Below the pieces are notes generated by a model that saw nothing but the letters and a program-made list of their open reading frames with translations, was not told where the DNA came from and ran no database searches. A stretch of DNA of 64,000 nt, from contig NC_043016.1 of NCBI RefSeq assembly GCF_006345805.1, positions 29,388,001 to 29,452,000 on the forward strand, written 5' to 3'. Numbering within the stretch: position 1 is the first letter of the stretch; each line of letters opens with the position of its first letter. A program made the position numbers and the translations under genes. This DNA is from Octopus sinensis. Taxonomy: Eukaryota. This document shows, piece after piece, positions 1 through 11,935 of the stretch.

Positions 1-403
1 GTCAAACAACTGACAAGCAAATCTGTGGTATTGAGCAGAATATTTGCAATTTTTCTCTGGTTGGTGGATAAGACTATATGGTAGGGGACAGAGACATTCT
101 TCATTGGTAGAGCTTTTGTTGACTTTTTCAAGTTTTACTTGAAGTAGAACATGAGGGTGGAGAGGAAGGTACTGTCCTTAAGTGAATACATCAAAAGATT
201 AGTGAGAGTGGTGAAAATGGCTGGAGCAGATGATAGCACATTAAATATAAGCCTGTAAGTGGGAGAACAAGAAGTAGAGGGTGTACTTGTCTTTGGTGGT
301 CAAGTAGCTCTTAAAAGACAGGGTTCCTCAGTTGGATGACAATGGTTAAGTAAGGAGCAAGAATAACAGGTTTCCAAGGATGGTTGGAATTATAGCCACA
401 TTA

Positions 404-1109
404 TTAACCTTTTAGCATTCAGATTAATCTGTCAAATGTAATGCTTATTTATCCACTTTGATTTTAATTAATCGTCTCATAGCTTTGAGATTTTGATGAT
501 GGGATTGTTTATTTTTAGAATGACATTGTAAGTTAGGTATGAAGAGCTTGATCAGGTCAGTTTGAATATAAAACAGATAGAATATTTGGGCCAGAGGTGA
601 TCAGTTTAAATGCTAAAGGAATATACATATGTATATTTATATCCCTTTAGCAATCAGATTATTCTGTCTAATGTAATGCATATTTATTGACTTTGTTTTG
701 AATTAATCATGGATTGTCTCAAAGCTTCAAGATTCTAGTAGTGTGTTTGTTTATTTTTAGAATGACATTGTAAGTTAGGTATGAAGAGCTTGATCAGGTC
801 AGTTTGAATATAAAACAGATAGAATATTTGGGCCAGAGGTGATCAGTTTAAATGCTAAAGGAATATACATATGTATATTTATATCCCTTTAGCAATCAGA
901 TTATTCTGTCTAATGTAATGCATATTTATTGACTTTGTTTTGAATTAATCATGGATTGTCTCAAAGCTTCAAGATTCTAGTAGTGTGTTTGTTTATTTTT
1001 AGAATGACATTGTTTGGTTGGTGTGAGAAGCCAGATCTGGCCAGTTTGAACATAGAAAAGGTAGAAATATTTGGATCAGATATGGCTGGTTTAAATGCTG
1101 AGGAGTTAA
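404..1109. mobile_element. Three tandem copies of a ~220-bp piggyBac-like MITE
   Basis: Copies start (TTAA)CC(C)TTTAGCA at 404, 643 and 885 and end AATGCT(A/G)A(A/G)G at ~619, ~861 and ~1109. TTAA/CCCTTTAG-type termini are typical of piggyBac derivatives. Confidence 0.65.
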
Positions 1110-1344
1110 TGAAGGAAGCTGACAACCAGAGTGTCAAGGAACTTCCACTCCCTGGAACATACTATTATAAAGGGTCAATGAAGAGTGGAGAAGGGGACAT
1201 GCAGATTGCAAAAAGGGAAGAAAGACCAGAAGAAAAGTGAAAATCCCAAATGAAGATGTTTGGGATCCAAGAGGAAGAACCCATGGCAGGAGATTTACTG
1301 GTGCTTGTGAGTGTGAGAGTGAGTGTATGTATATATGTATGTGT

Positions 1345-1378
<34 letters not shown>

Positions 1379-1581
1379 GTTCTGTTGTGTCTGAGGAGAG
1401 TTCATTCTCTTTTGGTGCCTTATAATTTAACACACTCACCGGTAAAATTTCCACTTATTTCTTTTTTATTTTTCTGAAATTTTCATTGCGTTTCGCAACC
1501 TTCTCAATAGTTTTGACACAACAGAATATGCTTCAACACATGAACTCACATAAAGAATATTGCAAACCAAATCCAAAAACG

Positions 1582-1583
<2 letters not shown>

Positions 1584-1623
<40 letters not shown>

Positions 1624-1712
1624 GTGCATGCATGTATATATGTATGCATGTATGTGTGTATGTGTATGTGCATGCATGTATGTGTATATGTATGTATGTA
1701 TGTATATATATA
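1584..1712. repeat. (TG)n/(TATG)n compound microsatellite
   Basis: Seen directly. Confidence 0.95.
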
Positions 1713-1719
1713 TGTATTC

Positions 1720-2167
1720 AGTTTTATTTCACGATTTCTTACCAATAGAGAAAAAGCTGGTTTCTAACTTAGGTCCAAGGGTCTTTCATTGGAATTTAAA
1801 CATCAACAACAGGGTATTTTTGTTTGTATGCATGTATATGTGCAGATTTGTATGTTTTATTTTATGCCTGCATTCTCATGCATATAGTTGCATATCTAGA
1901 CATGCTCATATATATTTAAATGATAAACTTCAGGAAAGTTTTACAGATTTTTACAGTTCCAGTGATGGATTGGATCTGTAGTCTTCAAATTAGCTTTCTC
2001 CTTTTTGGTTTTGAGAAGCCTAATTTCTCAAGATTGATATTAAGGCAGTATGTTAGATATCCCAGGGCTCCGATAATTACAGGTATAAACCTGAACTTGT
2101 AATCTGGATAGAGTAACTGTAGATCCTCAATAGTTCAGCATAGGTATTCTCTGTTTTGCTGCTGCTG
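1720..2167 (-). mobile_element. 3' fragment of a restriction-like-endonuclease (R2/R4/NeSL-type) non-LTR retrotransposon
   Basis: Minus strand reads FRFIPVIIGALGYLTYCLNINLEKLGFSKPKRRKLI*RLQIQSITGTVKICKTFLKF. The PVIIGALG...SITGT motif matches the C-terminus of RLE-clade ORFs. One internal stop; TATG/TACA microsatellite on both sides. Confidence 0.7.
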
Positions 2168-2289
2168 ATGTATGTATGTATGTATGTATGTATGTATGTA
2201 TGTATGTATGTATGTATGTATGTGTATATATATATATGATTATGCCAACAATGTTATATGGTGCAGAGACTGAGGTTTGAGATGAGATG

Positions 2290-2620
2290 TCTTAGGGCTA
2301 TGGTTGGTGTGATACAGATGGAGAGGATGAGGTGTGAAGGCAACCAGGAATGTGTGAAAAACTCATAACCAAAATGGATAGACAAATCTTCAGGTGGTTT
2401 GGCCACATGGAGATGATGGATGAGGAGCGGATGGTAAGGAGTGTGATGAAGGCAGAAGTAGTAGGCAGCAGAACCAGAGGCAAACCTTGGTTTATTTGGA
2501 TGGATGGAGTGAGGAAAGTTTTGGTAGTTAGAGGTGTTGGAGTGAGAAAGGCAAGAGAGTTTATAAATGAAAGGAAAGCTTGGAGAGTGTTTGTGGATGG
2601 ATGAGTGAATTTGATGTTGC
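2290..2620 (+). mobile_element. LINE (RTE-like) ORF C-terminal remnant
   Basis: FRWFGHMEMMDEERMVRSVMKAEVVGSRTRGKPWFIWMDGV resembles the LRWFGHV...GRRxRGRP tail of RTE-type ORFs. Confidence 0.7.
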
Positions 2621-3695
2621 TCAAATGAGTATGGAACTAGCACGATGCAGCAGAGGTAAAGCAGCATATGCTGTTGAGCCCCACTACTGATATTGGGGGT
2701 TACGTCCTATGCCTTGACCCAAGCATAGAATGCGGATTGCCTCTTTGAGCTGGGAAATGAATGGAATGCCTGGCGTGTATCTTGTTGTGGCTACCTGCTC
2801 CTAAAAAAATGGAGAATAGGCCTGGGTATATAAATAAAATATATGTATGTATGTACACACACACACGCATATATAAATTTGTCATGGAAAAGAAATTCTT
2901 GCCATGGACACAAAATCTAGAATTGAAAGGTCTCAAAGTAAACTTAGCAAATTTTGAAGAATGTATGAAAGTGGAAAACCTAAGAAGACATAGGATGAAG
3001 CAGGGAAGTCTGTTCTGAAACTGTTGTTACATTTCATGAAAGAGATGACAGAACAGTGAAGATTGATCGCATGTAATGTTGGATAAAATCTGCCTGCCTG
3101 TGCATGCATGATGAAACAGATGTAAAAATGAAAGTAGTGATGGAGACCAGAATATATAACCTGTTAACATTTGAGGTATGTTCTAGGTGATTGTGGCCAG
3201 GTAGTTGCTTTCGTATTATTTTAGGTTCATGCTTGTATCATTTCTTGTGCTTTTTCACATCTAAGTGATGCTACTTTGCCCTAAAGAGATAGCTGCTGGC
3301 TCAGTTGTGTCTGTGAATATACTTCAATTAGGCAGAAACTGAGCATCTGGAGATGATATGGTTGACTACTTCGCTGACCTGGCGACATATTCTCTATTTG
3401 GTGTTAGTATCTTCTTTTACTGTTTTATATCTGTATTTGTTTGTAGTTGGATGTTGATCTAGTGTCAAGCATTCTGCTTCTGCTTTTAGTCTGGGTCTCT
3501 TGAACAAGTGTTGGGTCATATTCTGGTTTGTTTCCCTTCTGTCATCTTTTGGAGGATATTGACCATAGAATGGTTTTTCTCTCCAATTTCTGTTTTTATT
3601 TATTTTTAGTTTATTCTGGAATTCTGTTTTGACCTTGTCTTTTGTTTTTCAACCATTTCAGTTCTTTTGTCCTAATCTTAATCTTTTATATATAA

Positions 3696-4310
3696 TGAAA
3701 TTATTGTATACAGTGCTCAGGTGCACCACAACTTGTCAAATGTATGTATAAAGCATATGCAGTAATGTACAAATGTCTGGAAAGTGAACAGTGTATGAGT
3801 CAGATACATGCTTGTGTGTGTATGGAGGGTAGAAAATCAGGTGTAGTGTTGGCGAATCTCAGGAAGCATGGAAGTTTTGAAGGATGCAGTGCTCTGACAA
3901 CTAACAACTGATGCCGGCAGTTTGTTCCATGCTTCAGCAATTCTTAGTGTGAAAAAATGTTTCCAAAAGTCATGGGAGCTGTGCTGTTTTCTGACTTTGT
4001 AAACATGTCCACGGGTGTTAGATGGGTGGAGTTTGAAAAGGTGCTCAGAGTTATTGTTAGTAAGATGGTTAATAATTTTATGGGTGTCTGCCAAGTCAGC
4101 TGCCAGACGTTGGAGTTTCAATGTATCCATGCCCAGGATATGGCAAATGCCAGATGGAGAGTATTCTTTTGGTTGCACGTCGCTGAACGGTTTCCAGATG
4201 ATTAATATCCTGAGCAAGATAGGGTTCCAGACCGGTGATGCAAATTCCAGGTGAGGCCACACCATAGCTATATAAAGCCTCAGATAGATAACCAGAGAGT
4301 GGGTCACAAA
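3696..4310 (-). mobile_element. CR1-clade LINE 3' fragment, frameshifted
   Basis: LYIAMVWPHLEFASPVWNP, LETVQRRATK, NTRGHVYKVRK and FFTLRIAEAWNKLP are spread over shifted frames. The 3' end ...GCACTGTATACAATAATTTCATTA is shared with the copy at 19474-20205. Confidence 0.9.
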
Positions 4311-4784
4311 GGACTTGGTTCAATGTTGTTAGTTTCCACTTTGTAGTTTATTGTATATACTGAGAGAAAGTTAGTTTTTTTATGTTTTCATTGTTACCTA
4401 CCATACTTATGATTTTTCTCTTTGCTTGTTTCTAAGTATTTTTTCAATCCTTCTGTTATTTTGCAGATCCTAGCACAGTACAACAATAATCACTCACACC
4501 ATCTTACCAGCTGGACACTCTGGACAATTCAGTTTGCAGGATGTTAGCCCTCACAATCTATAGACATCTAATGAAGGGTACAGGAAATGACACCTTTGGA
4601 AATAATTCTGGACATCATCAAAGATAGTTTAAGTAGTTTCTTTCAGATGATTTTTCAGGATGATGATCAATCTCCTAAACTTATTAATTACAAATGGACT
4701 GTGTCTGATGAGGCTAAACTCTACAGAGCTTACAGACATGTTGGAGTCGCTAAGCAACTAAACCCAGCCAAAATATGTATTACT

Positions 4785-5214
4785 CTCTTTTACTCTTTTA
4801 CTTGTATCAGTCATTTGACTGTGGCCATGATGGAGCACCGCCTTTAGTCGAGCAAATCGACCCCAGGACTTGTTCTTTGTAAGCCTAGTACTTATTCTAT
4901 CAGTCTCTTTTGCCAAACTGCTAAGTTACAGGGACGTAAACACACCAGCATTGGTTGTCAAGCAATGCTGGGAGGACAAACACAAACATACAAACACAAA
5001 CACACATATATATATACATATACATATATATATATACATATACATATATACGATGGGCTTCTTTCAGTTTCTGTCCACCAAATCCACTCACAAGGCTTTG
5101 GTCAGCTTGAGACTATAGTAGAAGACACTTGCCCAGGGTGTCACACAGTGGGACTGAACCCGGAACCATGTAGTTGGTAAGCAAGCTACTTACCATACAG
5201 CCACTCCTGTGCCT
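4785..5214 (-). mobile_element. SINE family A (tRNA-like head, internal (TA)/(TG) tract, GTAAAAGAG tail), full length
   Basis: Reverse complement of the GGCGCAGGAGTGGCTGTGTGGTAAG...GGTGCTCCAGCATGGCCGCAGTCAAATGACTGAAACAAGTAAAAGAG repeat, which recurs more than 15 times in the window. Confidence 0.9.
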
Positions 5215-5537
5215 ATTAGGTTATGAAAGCATCCAATGTATGTTCACTCATTATCTCTTTACTGTTGATTTATAGACATCTAGTCCTGTCCATCTTCCTT
5301 GAAATGTCAGCAATAATATCAGGTATGACTATCTCCTAACAATGTACTCTGTATCTTTATTTACCATACATATTCTACCCATCTTCTATTTCATGGAGTG
5401 GCAATTTCACCACCCTCTCTTCTAAAACGTGTGTGGTCATGTTCTGTTTCAGTCCTTCTCTCACAGTTTACTCCTCTCTACTCCCTTTTCTCCTAGCATA
5501 AAATTCATTCTCCCCACTCAAGGTTCATAATTTTGCA

Positions 5538-5737
5538 AGTTACATGGTGACCTCACTAGTGCTGGGGACACGAAAAATGACATCCAGTACATATTGTAAA
5601 GTGGTTGGCATTAGGAAGGGCATCCAACCACAGAAGCCATGCCAAAGTAGATACTGGAGTACAAAGCAGTCCTTGGAGACATCAGCTCCTGTCAAACCAT
5701 TTGAACCTATGCCAGCTTGAACCAAAGACATTAAATG
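5538..5737 (+). mobile_element. RTE-type 3'UTR repeat, interrupted at its tail by a SINE
   Basis: GTGGTTGGCATTAGGAAGGGCATCCA...GACATTAAATG; the (GAT)n tail resumes at 6066. Confidence 0.75.
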
Positions 5738-6050
5738 TTTGTTGTTTGTTTGTTCTTTCTTGAGCCATGTCAGGCTCATAAAGGCCGGTTTCCCAGTTTC
5801 CTTGGCATATAGGTTCCCCACCTGGACGGGACGCCGGTCCATCGCAGGTGAGCTGCGAGCTGCTGGAGGAAAGAGTGAGAGAAAACTGTGGCAAAAGAGA
5901 CAGCAGAAGTTTCGGCATTACCTTCTGCTGGAGCCGCGTGGAGCTTAGGTATTTTGCTCATAAACACACACATCGCTTGGTCTGAGATTTGAACCCGCGA
6001 TCCTTCAACCGCGAGTCTGCTGCTCTAACCACTAGGCCATGTGCCTCCAC
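5738..6050 (-). mobile_element. tRNA-derived SINE with V-domain-like core and 14-bp TSD
   Basis: Minus strand begins GTGGAGGCACATGGCCTAGTGGTTAGAGC (A-box-like)...GGGTTCAAATC (B-box-like) and contains TGCGATGGACCGGCGTCCCGTCCAGG. AAAGACATTAAATG is duplicated at 5724-5737 and 6052-6065. Confidence 0.8.
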
Positions 6051-6664
6051 TAAAGACATTAAATGATGATGATGGTGATGTGATTGCATCATTGTGACAC
6101 CGGCTAGTGAAGTTCTCTTTGTGAGTTCTGTGATTTAAGATTTTGAGTTGTTCCACAAGTTCTTCCTTCCATATATTAGCATTTTATTTGTCATAACCTT
6201 TAACTACACTTTCTCTTATGCAAATGGTACCACCTTTCATTCCACCCTAACAACTGGCACCCAATTACCTTTCATAGAGAGCCTAGCCACTTCACACCAA
6301 TCTAGACCTGATACCAAAAACATCTTCTAATGGAGACATACAAGTATGTCTTTTTCCCACAGCAATAATAATAATAATCTTTTTTTCTATAGGCACAAGG
6401 TCTGGAACTTTGAGGGAGAGGGCTAGTTGATTACCTTAACACCCTGTGCTCCACAGGTACTAATTTCATCAGTCTTCAAAAGGATGAAATGCAAAGTTTA
6501 CCTCGGCAGAATTTTAAATTTTAACTCCAAAAGTAAAACTGAATGAAATACTGTTAAGCATTTGTCTGGCAATGCTAGCAGTTCTGCCCACGCACCACCT
6601 TTGATGATGATGATGAGGATGATGACAATGATGACAACAACAAAGATGATGATGATGATGATGA

Positions 6665-7096
6665 TTCTTTTATTCTTTTACTTGATTCAGTCATGAGACT
6701 GTGGCTATGCTGGGGCACGGCCCCAAAGTATCTGGGGTTGAATGAATCAACCCCAGTAACTTTTTTTTTAAGCCTGGTACTTATTCTATCGCTCTCTTTT
6801 GCCAAACTGCTAAGTAATGGGGATGTAAACACTGGTTGTCAAGTGGTGGAGGACAAACACACACATGCACATGCACACACACACACACACAAACATACAC
6901 TCACACTCACACACACACACAAACATACACACCCAAACACAATAGGTTTCTTTCAATTTCCATCTACCAAATCCACTCACAAGGCTTTGGTTGGCCCGAG
7001 GCTATAACAGAAGACACTTGCCCAAAGTTCCACAAAATGGGACTGAACCCAGGACCATGTGGTTAGGAAGCAAGCTTCTTATCACACAGCCACTCT
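6665..7096 (-). mobile_element. SINE family A, near full length
   Basis: Homologous to the 4785-5214 copy. Confidence 0.9.
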
Positions 7097-9329
7097 AGAA
7101 AAAAAAATTGTACATATGGTAGCCTTCTCCTTAAACATCACCAACTTACAGTTACAATCCTCAAGGTATCTACAAATGTTAAACCTCACTATTATAGAGG
7201 ATCTCTTCTGTGAAAACACATTCTTAACATTGCGAGGACTGCATCCCAAAGACTGGGTCAGAAGATACTTCAGCCTCTCCAATACTTACTAACACTGTAC
7301 ATAGAAGAAACCCATAATGAAGTGATGTTCTTACATCTAGGAAGGTGTTGCAATAAAACATACAGACATCTTAGCACCAACCCAAAAGGTACACTGTCTC
7401 CTCTGAGTTTTCTAACGTTATTACAATGAACTCTGCTCCTCAGACCGGTCTGATTTTGTGTCATTCAGACACCCTTGTCTGTTCTTGTCACCTATGTTGT
7501 GTTCCAAATCACATAACTCCACCTTAACCCTTAACACCTGTTCTTCCCTACTCACTTCCTCCCTAGAACGTTGACTATCTTGAATCCCCTATTTACCCAT
7601 CTTTACTCGTGTTTTCCATGACACTGTTGACTTGCATACCAGGACTGTTCAAAAGGAAAATTAACTGCGTTAATTTCACTGATCTTCGGAGGGCAAGGAG
7701 TACAGTCCCTTCCTTCAGGACACAAATAAATAAATAAAATAAAACATAACATAATAAAATGTGCGGGAAGGAACCGGTTATCCGTCGATCCACGGCTTTC
7801 CTTCGTCAAGGAGGAGAGGGCAACCTTCCTTTATTTGGTGTTGATGGCAAAGAATATTTGAGACGGGTACTATGAAGAGGATTAAAGGCAGTCATTCCTC
7901 TCCGATCAAGCCCCTGTCAAATTACAGGGGAAAGTAATGCTAGTCAGATGGGTACGGTCCTGTTTAAAATTCTATTAAAGAAGGACGAGCGACGTGATTA
8001 GCGAGGTTTGATGGGCTTATTCTAACATAATATAAAGCCTTAAGTCCACAACAAGGACAGGGAGAAAGGCTCTTGCCTTTGATGTGTCTTGGTAATCCGA
8101 ATAACCTTATGAAGCTAGCCTCACCCCTATTAAGCTTGATTTTGTGGTATTTTCTTGTTCTCTACCATTGCGGATATTTATTTATCATTATTTATTTTTC
8201 GGTTTTCATGTTTATTAATTTCACCCTATCTCACAAGTTAACATCATTCACTGTATTTTGTTTTGTATTTCCTTTACGCAATATCTCGCCTCCAAAGCCG
8301 TAGGCCCTTAAAGCCAATAAAATAAGTCATTATTATTAATAATTTAATTATCTGATTTCAATTATATTCAAGATCTTTCTAATAATTCCAGTCACCTATT
8401 TACTACGAATGTCATGTATTTCCAGTATGTATTTCATTTAATATAAATGAAATTGATACAGTGTGACCTATTTTTTTAAGAAAAAAAATTAGTAAACTTT
8501 ATCTTCGACCAGGCAATACACAAAATGTTATAGACGTTCGTTTATTGGTTTCTCTTCCCTTTTTACTAATTTTGGCAGCAGTAAAAGAAAAAAAGACCCA
8601 AAGACCTAAGTCTGAAGTGAAACAAGCAAAAAAAAAAAAAGACTTAACAAGTGGAAATTTACAATATTACAGGAAACATTATATTTAAATAGGTTGGTTA
8701 ATAATTTCGCAGGTTATTTACACTAAAATTACGTTTTGCTTTCGGGATCGATAAAATAAGTACTTGACATATATTGATATATTTTTTACTATTTTTTACA
8801 ACTTCTTTACAAATTTATGATTGCTAGTAACACACACACGCAGAGATGCGCGCGCGCTTAGACATCGTTATTAATAATTAAAAAGAGTTAAATCTTTTTT
8901 TCCTTTTTTTTTTTTAAGGCTAGCGTATTTTCTATTTATTTAAAAAGATTTAGTTTAATTTTCGGACTGAAAACTAGAATCCCTATAACCGACGTATCTA
9001 TATATATGAAAAGTGACTGTCTTGAAATATGTCAAAAAAAAAAAAAATTCAAACACTAAAAAAAGAGGGGCGTGTAAAATAATCCGTATTAAGTTACAAA
9101 AAAATTATGTCGCAAGAGAAAATTGTCATAGAAACTGTCACAAAAAAACAAAACAGATTTAATATTTAATATTTTGTTTTATTTAAGATATTGAATAAAA
9201 TGATTTTATGATATATAAAGCCATACAAGCCATGTATTGTTTGTTAACACTTGACTAATTTTTTATTGTTTAGGATATTGATATAAAATTTGACATCTTA
9301 TGTGTGTGTGTGAAAGTGTATTGCTTCTC

Positions 9330-9838
9330 TGACTTAGCTATTTGTAAGTACAATTGTGTGGAGATCTATCAATGCTTATTCAACAACTACAATGAAGAAG
9401 GCAAAGTTTTTTTTTTTTTTTTTTTTAGAAAATAATTACAGGGTATGAGACTTGGGTTCGTATCTTTGAGCCAGAATCTAAAAGGAATTGTATGGAGTTG
9501 AAACACAAAGAACTGATAGTTGAAAAAGAAATACAAGACTTGACCTTCTGCAGAAAAAGTAATGCTAACCATTTACTGAGGATGAAAAAGAACCTATACC
9601 TGGAACATTACCAGGAAGTGGGGTCTACAGTCAACAAACTGAAAAGAACCTATACTGGAACATTACCAGGAAGTGGGGTCTACAGTCAACAAATTGAAAC
9701 TAGCAATTTGCACCGAACACTGAAGTCTATTGTCAAAACAAGTCTCATTGTTGCACAATAATGCATGCCTACATGTGGCTGTCCACAACATTGAAACCAT
9801 GGGAAAATTCAAGGTGCTATTGGAACACTGTGCATACA
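9330..9838 (+). mobile_element. Mariner transposase remnant, left part
   Basis: IITGYETWVRIFEPESKRNCMELKHK...LEHYQEVGSTVN...LLHNNACLHVAVHNIET...LLEHCAY corresponds to the mariner TGDETW, EPESK, LEHYQ and LLHDNARPH motifs. Contains a ~56-bp tandem duplication at ~9584-9700. Confidence 0.85.
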
Positions 9839-9889
9839 ATAATGTGTTGGTGTGTCTCAGGCAACATGATTATAATAATAATAATAGTG

Positions 9890-10240
9890 GCATCTCAAGG
9901 CGGTTACAATACCAGTGATCGTAGGAGCATGAATGATCAAGAAGGGAACCGAAAATTATATGAGAATGATCCCTGGCTTACCATCCCTGCAAGAAGTGCG
10001 AAAGATTGTCTTAACTGGTACATCACACGTATTGAGAAGAGCATTGTCGATGTGAGAACTATTACTACCCATGTATTTTAATTTAACCTTATTTCTATCA
10101 AAAAAAAAAAAAATGAACGAACTAGTGAGTTTAGTTTAATGGCCTACCAATGTATACTATGAGTTTCTTTGCCCTAGGAGTCGGGAAGACACTCGGCAAG
10201 AAATGGAAGCAAATTTGAAAGAAGAAGAAAAACCCATAAA
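9890..10240 (+). mobile_element. R4/Dong-like (RLE) LINE 3' end inserted in (TAA)n
   Basis: WHLKAVTIPVIVGA*MIKKGTENYMRMIPGLPSLQEVRKIVLTGTSHVLRRALSM* followed by a 3'UTR; (TAA)n on both sides. Confidence 0.8.
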
Positions 10241-10321
10241 TAATAATAATAATGAAATTATTGTATACAGTGCCCAGGTGCACTACAACTTGTCACTGTA
10301 TACAATAATTTCATTATTATT

Positions 10322-10880
10322 GAGTGAGAGAGTAGTGCATGCCATCAAAGTGACACTGGGGTAAAATATACAAAGCCCGGTATACCCATCATGACTACCC
10401 ATCTGATAAGGGTACACCAGGCACATGCATCACAACCATATGTGCGCAACATGGTGATCGCATATCAAGATAAACAGCACATGACCTTGCAGGTGGGACC
10501 CAGTTAGAATTTTCTTCAGGTCAAGTATCCCACCCTGCTCAAAAGGTCCCTGAATAAGGATATTGAATGAACCACCCATGTTTCCAAAGGTGAATCATCC
10601 AAACCTCCAAGAATTCCTTTCAACACATGGCTATGATGCTCCTCCACTACTTCTGCTCGTGATCAGCGATGCACATATCATCAGCCGCCAAGGGACATGC
10701 TCAACTGGTTACGGTCAAACAACTGACAAGCAAATCTGTGGTATTGAGCAGAATATTTGCTGTAGCCCATCTTTTATACCAAGACAAAACTATGTACATG
10801 ATAACACTTCCAATCAGTTAAGATCAGAAGCCATGAGAGCCACTGTCTGGTACTGCATAAAGGCATTTATTATTGTTATC
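10322..10880. mobile_element. Unclassified interspersed repeat bounded by ATT/TAA triplets
   Basis: Positions ~10714-10760 match window positions 1-47, so it is dispersed. No recognisable coding motif. Confidence 0.6.
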
Positions 10881-11061
10881 ATGTTGCCTGAGATATACCA
10901 ACACATTATTGTATGCACAGTGTTCCAACAGCACCTTGAATTTTCCGATGGTTTCAATGTAGTGGACAGCCATATGTTAGGGTTTAACTTCTTTTAACTC
11001 CGCCTTTATCTTCCTTACCGCTCCTACTAACAGCATTACTCTGTTGTCTTACTATTATACT

Positions 11062-11350
11062 AAACTCTGCATACAGTCCAGATCTCTCCTCTTCTGACCA
11101 TCACCTCTTTGGACTGCTCAAACGTCTCTTACAAGTTTGTTGATTTGCTACTAACAAAGAAACGCAGTAAGCAGTGCATAAATTGGAGTGCAAACAGCTT
11201 AAAACCTTCATCTTTGATGGAATAAGCAAGCTTGTACACCACTGGAAGAAGTGCTTGAAGAAATAAGGAGACTATGTTGAAAAATGATGTAATTCTTCAA
11301 CGATTACTTTTCTGTTCATGAATTACAGAAACAAAGATGCCTATAATTTT
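11062..11350 (+). mobile_element. Mariner transposase remnant, right part (continuation of 9330-9838)
   Basis: AYSPDLSSSDHHLFGLLK...FDGISKLVHHWKKCLKK*GDYVEK* matches the mariner YSPDLAPSDYHLF...GDYVEK C-terminus and resumes where the left part stops. Confidence 0.8.
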
Positions 11351-11699
11351 CTTACCATCATATATATATATATATTCAATATGAAGCAAATAATTCAGGA
11401 GAAAATATTTCCAAAGATATATTTGACTCTGTTATTATCTAGTGTAACAATTAGAAATAATAACATAGTCAATAACATAGGCAATTGCAGGCCTAAAAAA
11501 ATGCTGAAGGATTAAAATTAATCAAATCTCTTATTTAAATCACCAAGAGTTTTGACTGTTACTTCCAGCAGGTAGACATACTTAGTATGTCCTTTGATTA
11601 ATTATACTGTATACCTTATAGCTAGGACTACACATAGTGAAGTAATACTTAGTACCTACAGATACATTTATCCTTTAGATGGTTGCATAACCTCTATCT

Positions 11700-11935
11700 C
11701 AGAATTTATATATATATATGCACACACACATATATATTTATATATGCATATATAGACATATATATATATATATATAAATGTGTGCATAAGATATATATAT
11801 ATATGCACATATATGTATTTATAAATACAAATATATATAGACATATATATGTGTGTATATAATATATATATGTATGTGTTTATATCTATGTGTGTATGTG
11901 CATATATGTGTATGAATGGTGTATGCATGTAGCAT
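11700..11935. repeat. (TA)/(CA)/(TG) degenerate microsatellite
   Basis: Seen directly. Confidence 0.9.

Noticed and set aside
4700-4745. CTGATGA-GGCT...AGCT...ACATGTT, possible hammerhead relic
   Set aside because: The GAAA box is missing and stem I is not convincing.
10660-10690. Minus-strand CTGATGA in the unclassified repeat
   Set aside because: Followed by GAAG rather than GAAA and lacking clean helices.
10563-10997. 144-aa ORF
   Set aside because: Runs across an interspersed repeat and an inverted mariner junction; no recognisable domain.
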